From: Candidatus Bathyarchaeota archaeon
GTDB lineage: Archaea > Thermoproteota > Bathyarchaeia > TCS64
Length of the DNA: 64,000 nt
Reading direction: 5' to 3'
NCBI GenBank assembly: GCA_030739585.1
Contig: JASLYX010000005.1
Coordinates: forward strand, 14,804-78,803
In this document: one piece after another, positions 31,039 to 40,767 of the stretch
Layout of the letters: each line of letters opens with the position of its first letter
Position numbering within the stretch: the stretch's first letter is position 1
Made by a program: the position numbers and the translations under genes
The notes under the pieces: model-generated
Databases searched by the model: none
What the model saw: only the letters and a program-made list of their open reading frames with translations
Told to the model about the DNA's origin: nothing

Positions 31039-31485
31039 CTATCCGCTGCTTAGCAGGATAGCCACGATCAATCCGTAAATGGCCAAACCCTCTCCAAGGG
31101 CGATGAAAAGCAGTGACCAGATCGAGAGCTCAGGTCTCTCGGTGATCATCGCCGCGCCTGCCTTTGCAGCCACCATTATAGCTAGTGCTGCAGCAAAGCT
31201 AGCGCCAATCATTGTCATCGCTCCTGTCAGGAGAGGCCAAGCCGATTCAGGAATCATGCCACCTTCACCTCCAAAGGTTATCACTAAAACGAAGAGAAGA
31301 TCTACGACCATCAGGAATGCTCCAAAGGCACTTAGGGCAGTTCCCCAAACGGTGCCTTTTCCCTCAACCTCTGCTGAGGCTCCAATGATTCCTCCCTGCG
31401 TAAAACACCATGCGCCCGCCAGCATCGTTACTCCGATCGCGATCACAGGTGGTAATAGGGACACGCTATAATCGTCTCCCCGCAT
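31039..31485 (-). CDS. atpK: A-type ATP synthase proteolipid subunit K (duplicated two-hairpin c subunit)
   Basis: Four TM helices. The second hairpin has the canonical ITERPEL loop and ALGEGLAIYGLIV carboxylate helix; the first hairpin is degenerate. Confidence 0.85.
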   Translation of the reverse strand: MRGDDYSVSLLPPVIAIGVTMLAGAWCFTQGGIIGASAEVEGKGTVWGTALSAFGAFLMVVDLLFVLVITFGGEGGMIPESAWPLLTGAMTMIGASFAAALAIMVAAKAGAAMITERPELSIWSLLFIALGEGLAIYGLIVAILLSSG

Positions 31486-31599
31486 TTCGTTGCGTCTTTA
31501 AGGTTCTCATGAACATCAAGTGCATTTTTCCACCTCGTTCTCCTATCAATTACTGCTTATGCATATAACTTTTTTCACACAGAAAGAAAAGAAAAAGTT

Positions 31600-33798
31600 T
31601 TAGTTATTAGACTTTTTTGCGAAACTCATCGCGTAGGGCTTAAAGCGTACTCCTCCACCTTGGAAGAACTTTCCCATAAACTCGTAATAGAGCAGCCTCA
31701 GTGACTGTACTGCGCTTGAGACGAACTCAAAGCTCAGTGCGACGACGTTCATAATGACTAGGCCGATTCCCGCAATCCCAAGGGAGTTAGATAGGGCCAC
31801 TGCGGCGATGGCTAGGCTTGCGTGAGCGAGAGCGAACGCCGCAATCCTGAGGAAGCTGAAGAGGTTAGCTAGTCCCTCGACGAAAGTCAATAAGAGTCCT
31901 CCGACCCCCAAGCCTATAGCGTCAACCCCCACCCCGTGCCCGTGGTACACAGAGTGAATCACAGGCTCTATGAAGCTGAGTAACAATCCGACCAGCGCCA
32001 GGATGAACCAGGGGCTTCCCATTGCCGCCATGAAGTTCATGCCAATACTGATAAAGTGCATCGCTGTCATATACAGGCCAATTATATAGAGTATCATCCC
32101 TAGTCCATGCTCTCCAAGAGCCCCAATCGGATTTCCCTTCTTGATCTCATTGTAAGCACCTAGAATTAGGCCAAAAATAACCTCAATTGTGGCAATCTTG
32201 AATACAAGGAGCATCAGAGTCGTGGTTTCGTGCACCGGGTTTGGCATGATAGGATAATGAAACGGTAACACGATGTGGCTAGCGTGGAGCCAGTGAGTGA
32301 TTCCATGTTCGATCAGGAAGAACGAGTCAAACATAAATCCAAAAATAATTGCCGATAAACCCATTGGCATCATGATACCTCCTAACCTATACATCATCCC
32401 CCCTCCAACCTCCTTATTTTTCCGCCAAAGATATACGCCTATCAACAAGAACAAGAGACCCTGGCCGATGTCTCCATACATGAGACCAAACTGGAACGCA
32501 AAGACTACTATACTTATGTAGGCTGGGTTCACTTCACTCGCTGAGGGCCATCCTCTAAGATATGTGAGGATCCAAGCGGGCTTTAGGATCGCGGGCATAT
32601 TTGGCTCCGGATTAGGGATATTTTGATCATCTGAGCTGGGTGAATCTAAGGTGATATACATTTTCTCCCCCACGCTCGCCTCGACATCCTCGATGGCCTG
32701 CTCGAGCTCGGTCACTTTATAGTCTGGCACCCAACCTTGAATAACACTGATCACTTTGGTCCGGAGAACGGGAGGTTTCTTATGGGAGAGGATCTTCAGG
32801 ATCTTGTCGATATATGAGATCCTGCCAATCCCAATGGACTGCTCGCCTTGAATCTTTGCGATTTTGACTGCAGTCTCTTTTTCATAATCCTCCAAGATTA
32901 CTGCATATTTCCCCTTAAGCTCTTCAACCTTGGAGTTGTGAGCGTCTTCTGCGACTTTTATTTTGTCCTCTTCAGTCTTAATATTATGGCCGTATTTCTC
33001 TTCCTGGGTTTTCTTTAGTGCTTCCTCGTATTTTTTGAGGACCTCATTCCGTTTTTTCGGATCCAGCACAAGGAGCACATCTCTATTGTCGAGGATGTCA
33101 AATACATCCTCCACCTCAAAAACCAGGAACAGTGCTTCGACCCACTTCCGCCCCTCCTCGGGGCCGAATATAAACAGGAAACTCTTGTTGGGGCCTGCAT
33201 CCACTTCCTTGAAGAAAATTTTAGGGTATCTTTTGAGATACTCCTTTAGCTTCGGGATGAGTTTGTTTTTAGTGAGGCCTACCGCGAAGCAACTCTTGAA
33301 CTCTTCCGGTTCTAAGGCTCTCACTGACTCGAGCTTTCCTCTCGCGCCGTTGATCTTTCTGGTTAAAGCATATGCGCTCTCCTTTGCTTCCTCGAACTTT
33401 ATGGTCTCCTCCGCTATTGAGGACTGTAGCTCAGCAATGATCTCCTCGCGCTGCTGCTGTCGTAACTCTCTGATATCATCGAGTTGCTGTATCAGGCCTT
33501 CCAATTCCCCAAGGACACTGTTTATCTCCTCCTCAGGATTGGCGTGGAATCTCCTCAAGTCTTCGTTGCTAGGTAGAACGCTTTCTAATTCTCCCTTACT
33601 CAAATCTAGGAGCTTTTGGTAGCTGACATGAACTTTGTCGTAGAGTTCCCTATAATCGACTTGTTGGTCCTCGTCGTAGAGATCCTCAAATCCTGGTCCA
33701 GTCGCCTTTTTCAGCTGAGTGACGCGAGCTTTACCCATTGACTCTAGTACTAGGCTCTCGTATTCAGGGGGAGTAATGATAGTAACTTTCTTCATCAA
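31600..33798 (-). CDS. atpI: A-type ATP synthase subunit I (a-subunit homolog)
   Basis: 732 aa, with a soluble coiled-coil N-terminal half and a polytopic C-terminal half; adjacent to atpK. Confidence 0.85.
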   Translation of the reverse strand: MMKKVTIITPPEYESLVLESMGKARVTQLKKATGPGFEDLYDEDQQVDYRELYDKVHVSYQKLLDLSKGELESVLPSNEDLRRFHANPEEEINSVLGELEGLIQQLDDIRELRQQQREEIIAELQSSIAEETIKFEEAKESAYALTRKINGARGKLESVRALEPEEFKSCFAVGLTKNKLIPKLKEYLKRYPKIFFKEVDAGPNKSFLFIFGPEEGRKWVEALFLVFEVEDVFDILDNRDVLLVLDPKKRNEVLKKYEEALKKTQEEKYGHNIKTEEDKIKVAEDAHNSKVEELKGKYAVILEDYEKETAVKIAKIQGEQSIGIGRISYIDKILKILSHKKPPVLRTKVISVIQGWVPDYKVTELEQAIEDVEASVGEKMYITLDSPSSDDQNIPNPEPNMPAILKPAWILTYLRGWPSASEVNPAYISIVVFAFQFGLMYGDIGQGLLFLLIGVYLWRKNKEVGGGMMYRLGGIMMPMGLSAIIFGFMFDSFFLIEHGITHWLHASHIVLPFHYPIMPNPVHETTTLMLLVFKIATIEVIFGLILGAYNEIKKGNPIGALGEHGLGMILYIIGLYMTAMHFISIGMNFMAAMGSPWFILALVGLLLSFIEPVIHSVYHGHGVGVDAIGLGVGGLLLTFVEGLANLFSFLRIAAFALAHASLAIAAVALSNSLGIAGIGLVIMNVVALSFEFVSSAVQSLRLLYYEFMGKFFQGGGVRFKPYAMSFAKKSNN

Positions 33799-34119
33799 GG
33801 CGGTTCACCTATAGAACACCGTTTTTGATAAAAAGGTTTCCTAGCTGCACACAAATGCATGAGGCTCTCAACAACTTGGTCTTTTAACTCCCCTTCGGAA
33901 AAACTGTGCAGAAGAAGGTAGGTGACTAGATGGAGACCGCCGTGATTGTGTCTCTCTCAACCCCATTCTAATGAATTTCCTGTAACAGTTTTACAGTTCC
34001 TCTTAATCCTGTTCTCCTGTATCCTTCTTTCTTATTGCCGTCAAGCTCTAGCTTCTTCAGGATAGCTATGAGGGCACTAGCCATTGCACGCGCGAAAGTT
34101 ATGGGAGAAAAGTATATCC

Positions 34120-34419
34120 TTATTTAGACTCCTTTAATGCAACGGAGATTTCCTGCAGCCCTAATTCGTCGAGAAGCTGTAACGTCATAGGTGCGTCGAC
34201 CTTTATTGCTCCCTCAATAAGGGTCTCAATGCCACTCTTCGTGGCCAACTGGTCCTGTCTCCAGAGGTAAATTATCTTTTTTGCCAACTCCGTCGGAATC
34301 GCGTTCTTCTCCTTAGTGTTCAGCACTATCTCAATAAGTTTTTCCGAGAGGTCCCCATGTAGCGATGAGGGTATTTTTTCAAACTTGGGCTCCATATTAT
34401 TTCTATATCCTATTTTCAA
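34120..34419 (-). CDS. hypothetical small protein
   Basis: ORF only; no recognisable motif. Confidence 0.3.
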   Translation of the reverse strand: MKIGYRNNMEPKFEKIPSSLHGDLSEKLIEIVLNTKEKNAIPTELAKKIIYLWRQDQLATKSGIETLIEGAIKVDAPMTLQLLDELGLQEISVALKESK

Positions 34420-34720
34420 CTGAATTATTTATTGAATTCCTTGTTCCGATCATATGAAAACCCTTTTTTCCCTGATGATTCAAAACAAATATTTAAAATA
34501 ATTGTGGATTTCTCAGATATCATACTAACCTATTAACTCTATTTAAAATATTTATCATATTTTATGACCTAAATTAACATTTATATATCAATTTTGAGTT
34601 ATATGGGGAATTCATCAACATGATTATACTTCTCATAAGCTATTTTTATAATATCTATAGAAAAAATTGAATAATATCACTACCCCTTTAAAGTATTGTT
34701 AACCTGGTATATCGTGTGAA

Positions 34721-35167
34721 ATGTCCCTCGATGTTATAGACATGAAGATAATCCAAAGTCTAACGGAAGATGCCAGGTCCACATACAAGACCATCGCGGG
34801 GGAGGCCGGAGTAAGCGAGGCGACGGTAAAAAATCGCATCGATAAGCTCAAGGAGACAGGCATAATATCCCGGTTCACGACAGTTCTTGACTATTATAAG
34901 CTTGGAAGAACCATCAAAGCCTTCATCGGGCTGAAGGTACAACCATCGAAGCTCCAAGACGTCGTGGAGGTCCTTAAGAAAAACTCGGATGTTCATGTTC
35001 TCTACAGAACCAGTGGTGACGTAGACCTCCTCCTTGAGGTAATCCTCGAGAAGATGGAGGACTTGAACGCCTTCCTAGAGCGTGAGCTAGTCTACGATGG
35101 AATCCTTGGGACCGTAGTCACCATCGTAATCGGTCCCTACAAACGATGTCCCTGGACCTGTATTTAA
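34721..35167 (+). CDS. lrp: Lrp/AsnC-family transcriptional regulator
   Basis: N-terminal HTH (DMKIIQSLTEDARSTYKTIAGEAGVSEATVKNRIDKLKETGII) followed by a RAM domain. Confidence 0.85.
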   Translation: MSLDVIDMKIIQSLTEDARSTYKTIAGEAGVSEATVKNRIDKLKETGIISRFTTVLDYYKLGRTIKAFIGLKVQPSKLQDVVEVLKKNSDVHVLYRTSGDVDLLLEVILEKMEDLNAFLERELVYDGILGTVVTIVIGPYKRCPWTCI

Positions 35168-35714
35168 TGCTAGGCCCCCTTTTTCTCTAGAGATTTGTAT
35201 TGCAAAACCCTCCAAATTGGCTTTATGCCCCCCAATTCTTGCCTTTAAAGTGATCTGTAAACATCCCCTAATTTACTTGGTTGGAACTGCTCATTTCTAA
35301 ACTTTCCAGGCATTACCTGATTTAGTCAAGATCCTCCAGCTTAGGGTCAAAGTCCCTAAATGATGAACATCCAATTAGCCGAGCTTTATTAGATCTAATT
35401 CCCTGAACTCAGGTTTCAGTTCCTTCCTTTTAGTGCTGTGAAGGCGCCCCCGCTCGTTATGACTTGTGCTTGATAAGGAGCGCAAGGATTTCTAGGAGCA
35501 TTACCTCTCCATTATTTTGACTCTGCTGATCTTCCCCTGTACAGCTTGTATAATTAGTAATACCTTCCCAGATCCATGAAGAAAGTCAGGGACTTGCTAT
35601 CAACCTCTTCCATGTTCTTGATGAATAAGCTCCTCTATGAATTTTCGTGCGTGCGGTCTTATAGTCAAAAACAGTAAATTTTTCCCACTTCAATCACTAA
35701 CTGTTTGATGAATA

Positions 35715-35939
35715 TTGCAGCCTAACGAACCGTATTTATACCGAGACCTAAAGTTACAAGGGATGTCCAAGCCCAACTGCGCTGTCTGCGGTAAAAAACT
35801 TGAGCCCAACGAGGTCAGGATCAATGAACGGGGCATCATTCGGAGGTCAGCCCTGAAACGATACCTGTGCTTACGCTGTCGCAGAGATGATTACAATCAA
35901 TATCAGTTATCAATAAATGAACTTATCAAAAAGCGATAA
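35715..35939 (+). CDS. small 4-Cys zinc-ribbon protein (hypothetical)
   Basis: CAVCGKK...CLRCRR pairs; the start may instead be the internal ATG (MSKPNC). Confidence 0.35.
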   Translation: MQPNEPYLYRDLKLQGMSKPNCAVCGKKLEPNEVRINERGIIRRSALKRYLCLRCRRDDYNQYQLSINELIKKR

Positions 35940-36246
35940 TGCTGTTTATTTGAACTACCCTTTTGTATCTATCTTATGAGTCGTCGGGGGGGGACCTATC
36001 TCCTTAGTCTTTCTTATTTTCTGGAAGATGCAGTAATCCCTTTTCTTGACATTGTCGCCTTGAATGTTATACTCAAGAGTTTACGCCTTAGACCAGACCG
36101 ATACTCTTCACCTCAGAAAATGCGGTCAGTTTGATGAATATGACTTTGTCCTTGGCCGGGATAACTCTGGCCAAGGCGTAACTGATAACCCTATTCATTT
36201 TCTATCTCGCTTCCAACACTGAGCTGTTTCTTAGGATTTAGGTCTA

Positions 36247-36522
36247 TTAAGGTTCGGATTGAACGACTGGGGGCTTATCGTGTAGGTGCTCGATCTTCTT
36301 GATAAGGAAGAAAATAGTGACTGCGTATTGAATGATCAGGAAAAACGTTAATGCTACTACAAGGAGCTTGTTCTTGGGAGCTCTTAACAAGACAATGGGG
36401 ATAACCGCTATCATCCCTGCCATGGGTAGCAGGAGCACTGATAGGAAGACGATTTTGTTCTTCTTATAGGTCTCGTAGAAGCTAGATTGAGTGCTCATCT
36501 TTGAGGGTTCTCCAGAGACCAT
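36247..36522 (-). CDS. small hypothetical membrane protein (2 TM)
   Basis: ORF with two hydrophobic helices. Confidence 0.3.
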   Translation of the reverse strand: MVSGEPSKMSTQSSFYETYKKNKIVFLSVLLLPMAGMIAVIPIVLLRAPKNKLLVVALTFFLIIQYAVTIFFLIKKIEHLHDKPPVVQSEP

Positions 36523-36896
36523 AGAAAGAGTTACCCGAATAAAAAAATTGGTGCATGACAGAGGGGATTAGACCTTGGCCACGTGCCAAATGGATTCTGA
36601 ATGTAAAAAGCTATGGCTTTTATTATGGTTCAGTTAAAGGCATCTAGAATCTTTTCTTCTATGATTTCTGACAGCAAAGATAATACCCCCTTCTTGTAAT
36701 TACCTTCCCGCAACGCGCGTGTTGGCTAACTTGAGTCTGATAGAGTCAAGTCTTCAACTGTCATGTGTAGACATATATGTTGAACAATTAGCCCTATTCA
36801 TGTCACGTGCTGTTTTTCAACTTTATCTTCCTTAACTCAGCTTCTGCTAGTTGTTCCGCGCGTGAATCAAATGAAAATGGTGAATTATAGTCTAGC

Positions 36897-37841
36897 TTAG
36901 GGGGCAGGTGGAGTCACCGTCAGTTCCTCGTTGATCTCTACCCGATCCCGCAGCGTAACCTCCAAGCCCTTGAGCCTGTTCCTGAGGGTGACTTCTGTGG
37001 TCCCTGCTGCGGAGGCGACCTCCTTCTGAATCTTTTTGTCATCCATTTCGATGCAGGCCATGTATAAAGCTGCGGCAGCGATCCCTCTCGGGTCCTTTCC
37101 TGACAGGCCCCTTCTCTCTTTGGCCCGCATCAATATATCCACTGCAAACCTCTCGGTGTCCGGCTTCAGGTTGAGTTTTGAGGCGATACCAGAGACAAAC
37201 TTCATAGGGTCGTCGATAGGCATTTTTAGCTTTAGCTGCCTATGGAGTAGCCTATAGGACCGGGAGACCTCGGAGTGCTCTCGTATGCTGGCCTTGGAGA
37301 TCCCCTTGAGAGGTCTAGGCACTTTGCGTTGCCGACATGCTGCGTATAAACTAGCCGCGACAAAGGCATCTATGGAGCGGCCGCGGATCAGGTCGGCCTT
37401 GAGAGCCTGACGGTAAATGAGGGCTGCACTCTCCTTAACCATTTTGGGTATCGAGAGAACAGTTGAGAGTCTGTCGAGCTCTGCCATGGCGATGCTCAAG
37501 TTCCTTCCCCAGGTGTCGTCAAGCTTTGACCGTGTGTCGTATCGCTTAAGCTTCTTCATCATGTTCCTAGTGTCTACTGTGAGCTTGTTTCCACGGGCGT
37601 CCCTGCCTCCCTTGAAGCTTGTTGAGAGCCCCATGTCATATATTGTGTATGATCTTGCCATTCCGACCCTAGTTCTAGTCTCCCTTTCGGCGCTAGTAAA
37701 TGCCCTCCATTCAGGCCCTAGGTCGATAAATTCATCGTTCAATACTAGACCGCATTGACCACAGACCTCCTCTCCGGCTTCTGGGTCTGCGATTATGTTC
37801 ATGCTACCACACTTTGTACAGCCTCTCATGTTTTTTTTCAT
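36897..37841 (-). CDS. tfb: transcription initiation factor IIB, paralog 1
   Basis: N-terminal Zn ribbon CTKCGS...CGQCG, a GPEWRAF motif and two cyclin-like repeats. Confidence 0.9.
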   Translation of the reverse strand: MKKNMRGCTKCGSMNIIADPEAGEEVCGQCGLVLNDEFIDLGPEWRAFTSAERETRTRVGMARSYTIYDMGLSTSFKGGRDARGNKLTVDTRNMMKKLKRYDTRSKLDDTWGRNLSIAMAELDRLSTVLSIPKMVKESAALIYRQALKADLIRGRSIDAFVAASLYAACRQRKVPRPLKGISKASIREHSEVSRSYRLLHRQLKLKMPIDDPMKFVSGIASKLNLKPDTERFAVDILMRAKERRGLSGKDPRGIAAAALYMACIEMDDKKIQKEVASAAGTTEVTLRNRLKGLEVTLRDRVEINEELTVTPPAP

Positions 37842-37897
37842 TTTTTCACCTTAACTAGCCTTGGAACCGTGATTTTTCTCCGCCAAAATATGATAAT

Positions 37898-38305
37898 ATG
37901 GATAATTTACCCATACGTAAAATATATATATCTCTCTATGATAAAAACCTTTCGGGAAATAACATGGTCAAACCAAAGGGCAGCACAGGCACCACAAAAA
38001 TGAAAATCATGGCAATAATCGACTATAACTACGATAATGGCGCAGATTCGTATGGCTACACCATTTGGCAGTCTCTTAAAAACCACTTTCACATTTATCT
38101 AACTAACAGCGATGTCAGAAACGTTTATCATCACCTTAGAGAGCTCACAGACCTTGGATACCTTACCAAAGAGGACGAAAAGTTAGATGATCCCTCCAAG
38201 AGGTGTTTATACGCCCTTACTGAGGACGGCAAGGGCATCGAGAGCCGTTACTCTCCATATCTAGATATTGTCCGCAGGAGCTCTGGACCGGCAAGGAAAT
38301 ATTAA
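37898..38305 (+). CDS. PadR-like winged-helix transcriptional regulator (putative)
   Basis: GYTIWQSL...VYHHLRELTDLGYLTKED...RCLYALTEDG resembles the PadR family; the start may be an internal ATG. Confidence 0.45.
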   Translation: MDNLPIRKIYISLYDKNLSGNNMVKPKGSTGTTKMKIMAIIDYNYDNGADSYGYTIWQSLKNHFHIYLTNSDVRNVYHHLRELTDLGYLTKEDEKLDDPSKRCLYALTEDGKGIESRYSPYLDIVRRSSGPARKY

Positions 38306-38847
38306 TTCTCGGCCTTCTCTAATGAGCTGGGTAGCGCAAGTAGCTCAAATATTATTGGATCTCCAGGCTTTACATCTCGTAGGATGTCCTTAGGAAGGCT
38401 CAGTTCGATGTCTTGTAGGTCCATTGTGACGGTAAGCACCGTTTTCCCCTCCATATCCGCCCTCTCCTTAACAGTGGCGTTGACCTGTGTGAACGGGTGA
38501 TCCAAGTCGATGGTATTCCTGTTAACGAGAAGCTCGTTGAGGATGAGCTCGATGTGGAGGAACTCCTCGATGAATTGTTGACCCATTTCTGTTAGCTTGA
38601 AACCTCCGCCCCCAGACTTCCCCCCTTTGTGGGAGATAACTAGGGGCTGTCCGATTCTCCCCTCGGCTTTTCTGATAAGTCCCCAGGCAAATCTATAGGA
38701 CATCCCCAACCCCTCTGCCGAGGCCTTGAGGGTACCCAAATCAGAGACCTTCTTTAGCAGCTGGTAGAGTCCCGGACCAAACACCATCCCCTCGTCTGTC
38801 TCCAGCCAGAGCTTGAATGAGAGTTTATGCCTGGGGGAGGTCGTCAT
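38302..38847 (-). CDS. ModE-like regulator: N-terminal winged-helix domain fused to a TOBE (molybdate/tungstate-binding) domain
   Basis: ModE_N-like HTH (LGTLKASAEGLGMSYRFAWGLIRKAEGRIGQPLV) plus a C-terminal Mop/TOBE-like beta domain. Confidence 0.6.
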   Translation of the reverse strand: MTTSPRHKLSFKLWLETDEGMVFGPGLYQLLKKVSDLGTLKASAEGLGMSYRFAWGLIRKAEGRIGQPLVISHKGGKSGGGGFKLTEMGQQFIEEFLHIELILNELLVNRNTIDLDHPFTQVNATVKERADMEGKTVLTVTMDLQDIELSLPKDILRDVKPGDPIIFELLALPSSLEKAEN

Positions 38848-38943
38848 GGGTCTTCAACAACCTGTGTCATTGTGAGCGGATAGCGTTTTCCCATATATCG
38901 GTTAGCTGTTATAATCATTGTCGGAGGAGCTGGAGTGGGATAT

Positions 38944-40767
38944 CTAGGGTTCTACGGTCTCCATGGTTCCATTTGGAATCTCAAATTTAAACTGCATCTC
39001 ATAAAGCCGTTTATATAGTCCGCCTCTCTTGATGAGTTCCTGGTGGGAGCCCGTCTCTGCTATCCTTCCCTCTTGGATGACAACGATCTTATCCGCTTTT
39101 CTAACGGTGCTGAGTCTGTGGGCTATTATGATGGATGTCCTATTTTTGAGGACTATGTCCATGGCACTCTGGATTATTAACTCTGTGTAGGCATCGATGC
39201 TGCTTGTAGCCTCGTCCATAATGAGGATACGGGGATTCGCTAAAAGAGCCCTAGCGAGGCTCACTAGCTGCCTCTGGCCTTGGCTGAGGCGGCCACCACG
39301 CTCCCTGACCTCAGTTTCATAGCCCTCTGGGAGTCTTTTGATAAACTCATGGGCTCCTACGGCCTTCGTGACCTCGATGACCTCCTCATCTGTTGCTTCG
39401 AGTCTTCCGTACTTGATGTTCTCCATGATGCTTCCGGAGAAGAGGTAGGTATCTTGGAGGACGATAGCCATTTGACCCCTAAGAGACTCAATATGGACTC
39501 CTCGGATATCCTGACCGCCCACGGTGACTCTGCCCTGCGTTGGGTCATAAAACCTGTAGAGGAGGTTGATTAACGTGGTCTTTCCCACCCCCGTGGGTCC
39601 CACAAGGGCAACAGTGGTGTTCGGCTCTATTTCCAGGTCGATGTCTCTGAGAACCGGCTGACCTTCCTCATAGCTGAAAGACAATTTCTCATATACGATC
39701 TTTCCCTCAATGGTGTTGGCTTCTACAGCATCCGGAGCGTTAGCCACCGTGATGTCAGAGTCCATGATCCCAAAGACCCGTTCCGCGGCGGCGAGGGCGG
39801 ACTGAACACTATTCCAAAAGTTGCTTAGGTCCTCAATTGGCCAGAAGAACCTGTTGAGGTATGACATGAATCCGAACAATACTCCCACGCTGAGTGCTCC
39901 ATTGATCACAGCGCTACCCCCGAACCACAGGACAAGGCAATTACCAATGGCTGTGAAGATGGCAACCACAGGCCAGAACGCCGACATCACCTGCCCTGCT
40001 AGGACGTTGGCTTTCATGTTGTCTGTGTTCAACTTTTGGAACTCCATTCTTGTTACTCCTTCTCGACTGAAGCATTGAATCTCTTTCATACCACTGACGC
40101 TCTCCTCCAATTTGGCTGAGACGCTGGCGATGGTTCTTCGGGTGGCCCTGTAGACTACTCGGACTTTACGACCCCAAGTGAGGAGGAATCCAATCATAAG
40201 GGGAAGTATGGTAAACGTTATAACGCTCAACCGGGCGTCCATCGTTATCATGATTATTATTATCCCCCCCAGGGTGACAAAGTCGGCGATGACGCTGGCC
40301 ACGCCACTGGTCACGAGCTCCGTAATCCGATCTACGTCATTAATGACCCTGGAGACAAGACTCCCCATCTTCCGTTTCGCGTAGAAATCGAGGCCGAGCT
40401 CCTGGAGGTGGCGGAAGATATCCAGTCTCATATCATACCCCAGCTTTGCCCCCAGCCAGTTTATTATGAATCGCTGGATGACTTGCGCTGCAAAAATCAG
40501 GAGGTAGACGATAACGAACGCTATGCTTATGAGTGCAAGCCCTCCTGTGTCAAGGTCCGCGATGTATTTGTCTATAGCGAGAGTGAACATGTAAGGAGGG
40601 AGCAGATTGATCCCAGTTGATATTATCGTCACTAGGATGAGTAGCACCAGCCTCCTTTTGTGCCTCGTGATGTATTTTAGCATCCTGCTAAATAGGACCC
40701 GGTCGGGCACGGTCCTTTTATATTTCTCATCTTCGTCCCCGTGCCCGTGGTGGTGGTGATAGCCCAT
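38944..40767 (-). CDS. ABC exporter, fused permease/ATPase half-transporter with His-rich N-terminus
   Basis: Six TM helices followed by a nucleotide-binding domain: Walker A GPTGVGKTT, signature LSQGQRQ, Walker B ILIMDEATS. The N-terminus is MGYHHHHGHGDED. Confidence 0.85.
   Translation of the reverse strand: MGYHHHHGHGDEDEKYKRTVPDRVLFSRMLKYITRHKRRLVLLILVTIISTGINLLPPYMFTLAIDKYIADLDTGGLALISIAFVIVYLLIFAAQVIQRFIINWLGAKLGYDMRLDIFRHLQELGLDFYAKRKMGSLVSRVINDVDRITELVTSGVASVIADFVTLGGIIIIMITMDARLSVITFTILPLMIGFLLTWGRKVRVVYRATRRTIASVSAKLEESVSGMKEIQCFSREGVTRMEFQKLNTDNMKANVLAGQVMSAFWPVVAIFTAIGNCLVLWFGGSAVINGALSVGVLFGFMSYLNRFFWPIEDLSNFWNSVQSALAAAERVFGIMDSDITVANAPDAVEANTIEGKIVYEKLSFSYEEGQPVLRDIDLEIEPNTTVALVGPTGVGKTTLINLLYRFYDPTQGRVTVGGQDIRGVHIESLRGQMAIVLQDTYLFSGSIMENIKYGRLEATDEEVIEVTKAVGAHEFIKRLPEGYETEVRERGGRLSQGQRQLVSLARALLANPRILIMDEATSSIDAYTELIIQSAMDIVLKNRTSIIIAHRLSTVRKADKIVVIQEGRIAETGSHQELIKRGGLYKRLYEMQFKFEIPNGTMETVEP

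Noticed and set aside
32963-33622. 219-aa Ser-rich ORF on the plus strand.
   Set aside because: It is antisense to atpI (subunit I) and has low-complexity composition, so it is spurious.
36730-36760. Near-palindrome cttGAGTCtgataGAGTCaag upstream of tfb paralog 1.
   Set aside because: The arms are imperfect and it is better described as a short direct repeat of GAGTC. I found no second copy elsewhere to support a regulatory site.
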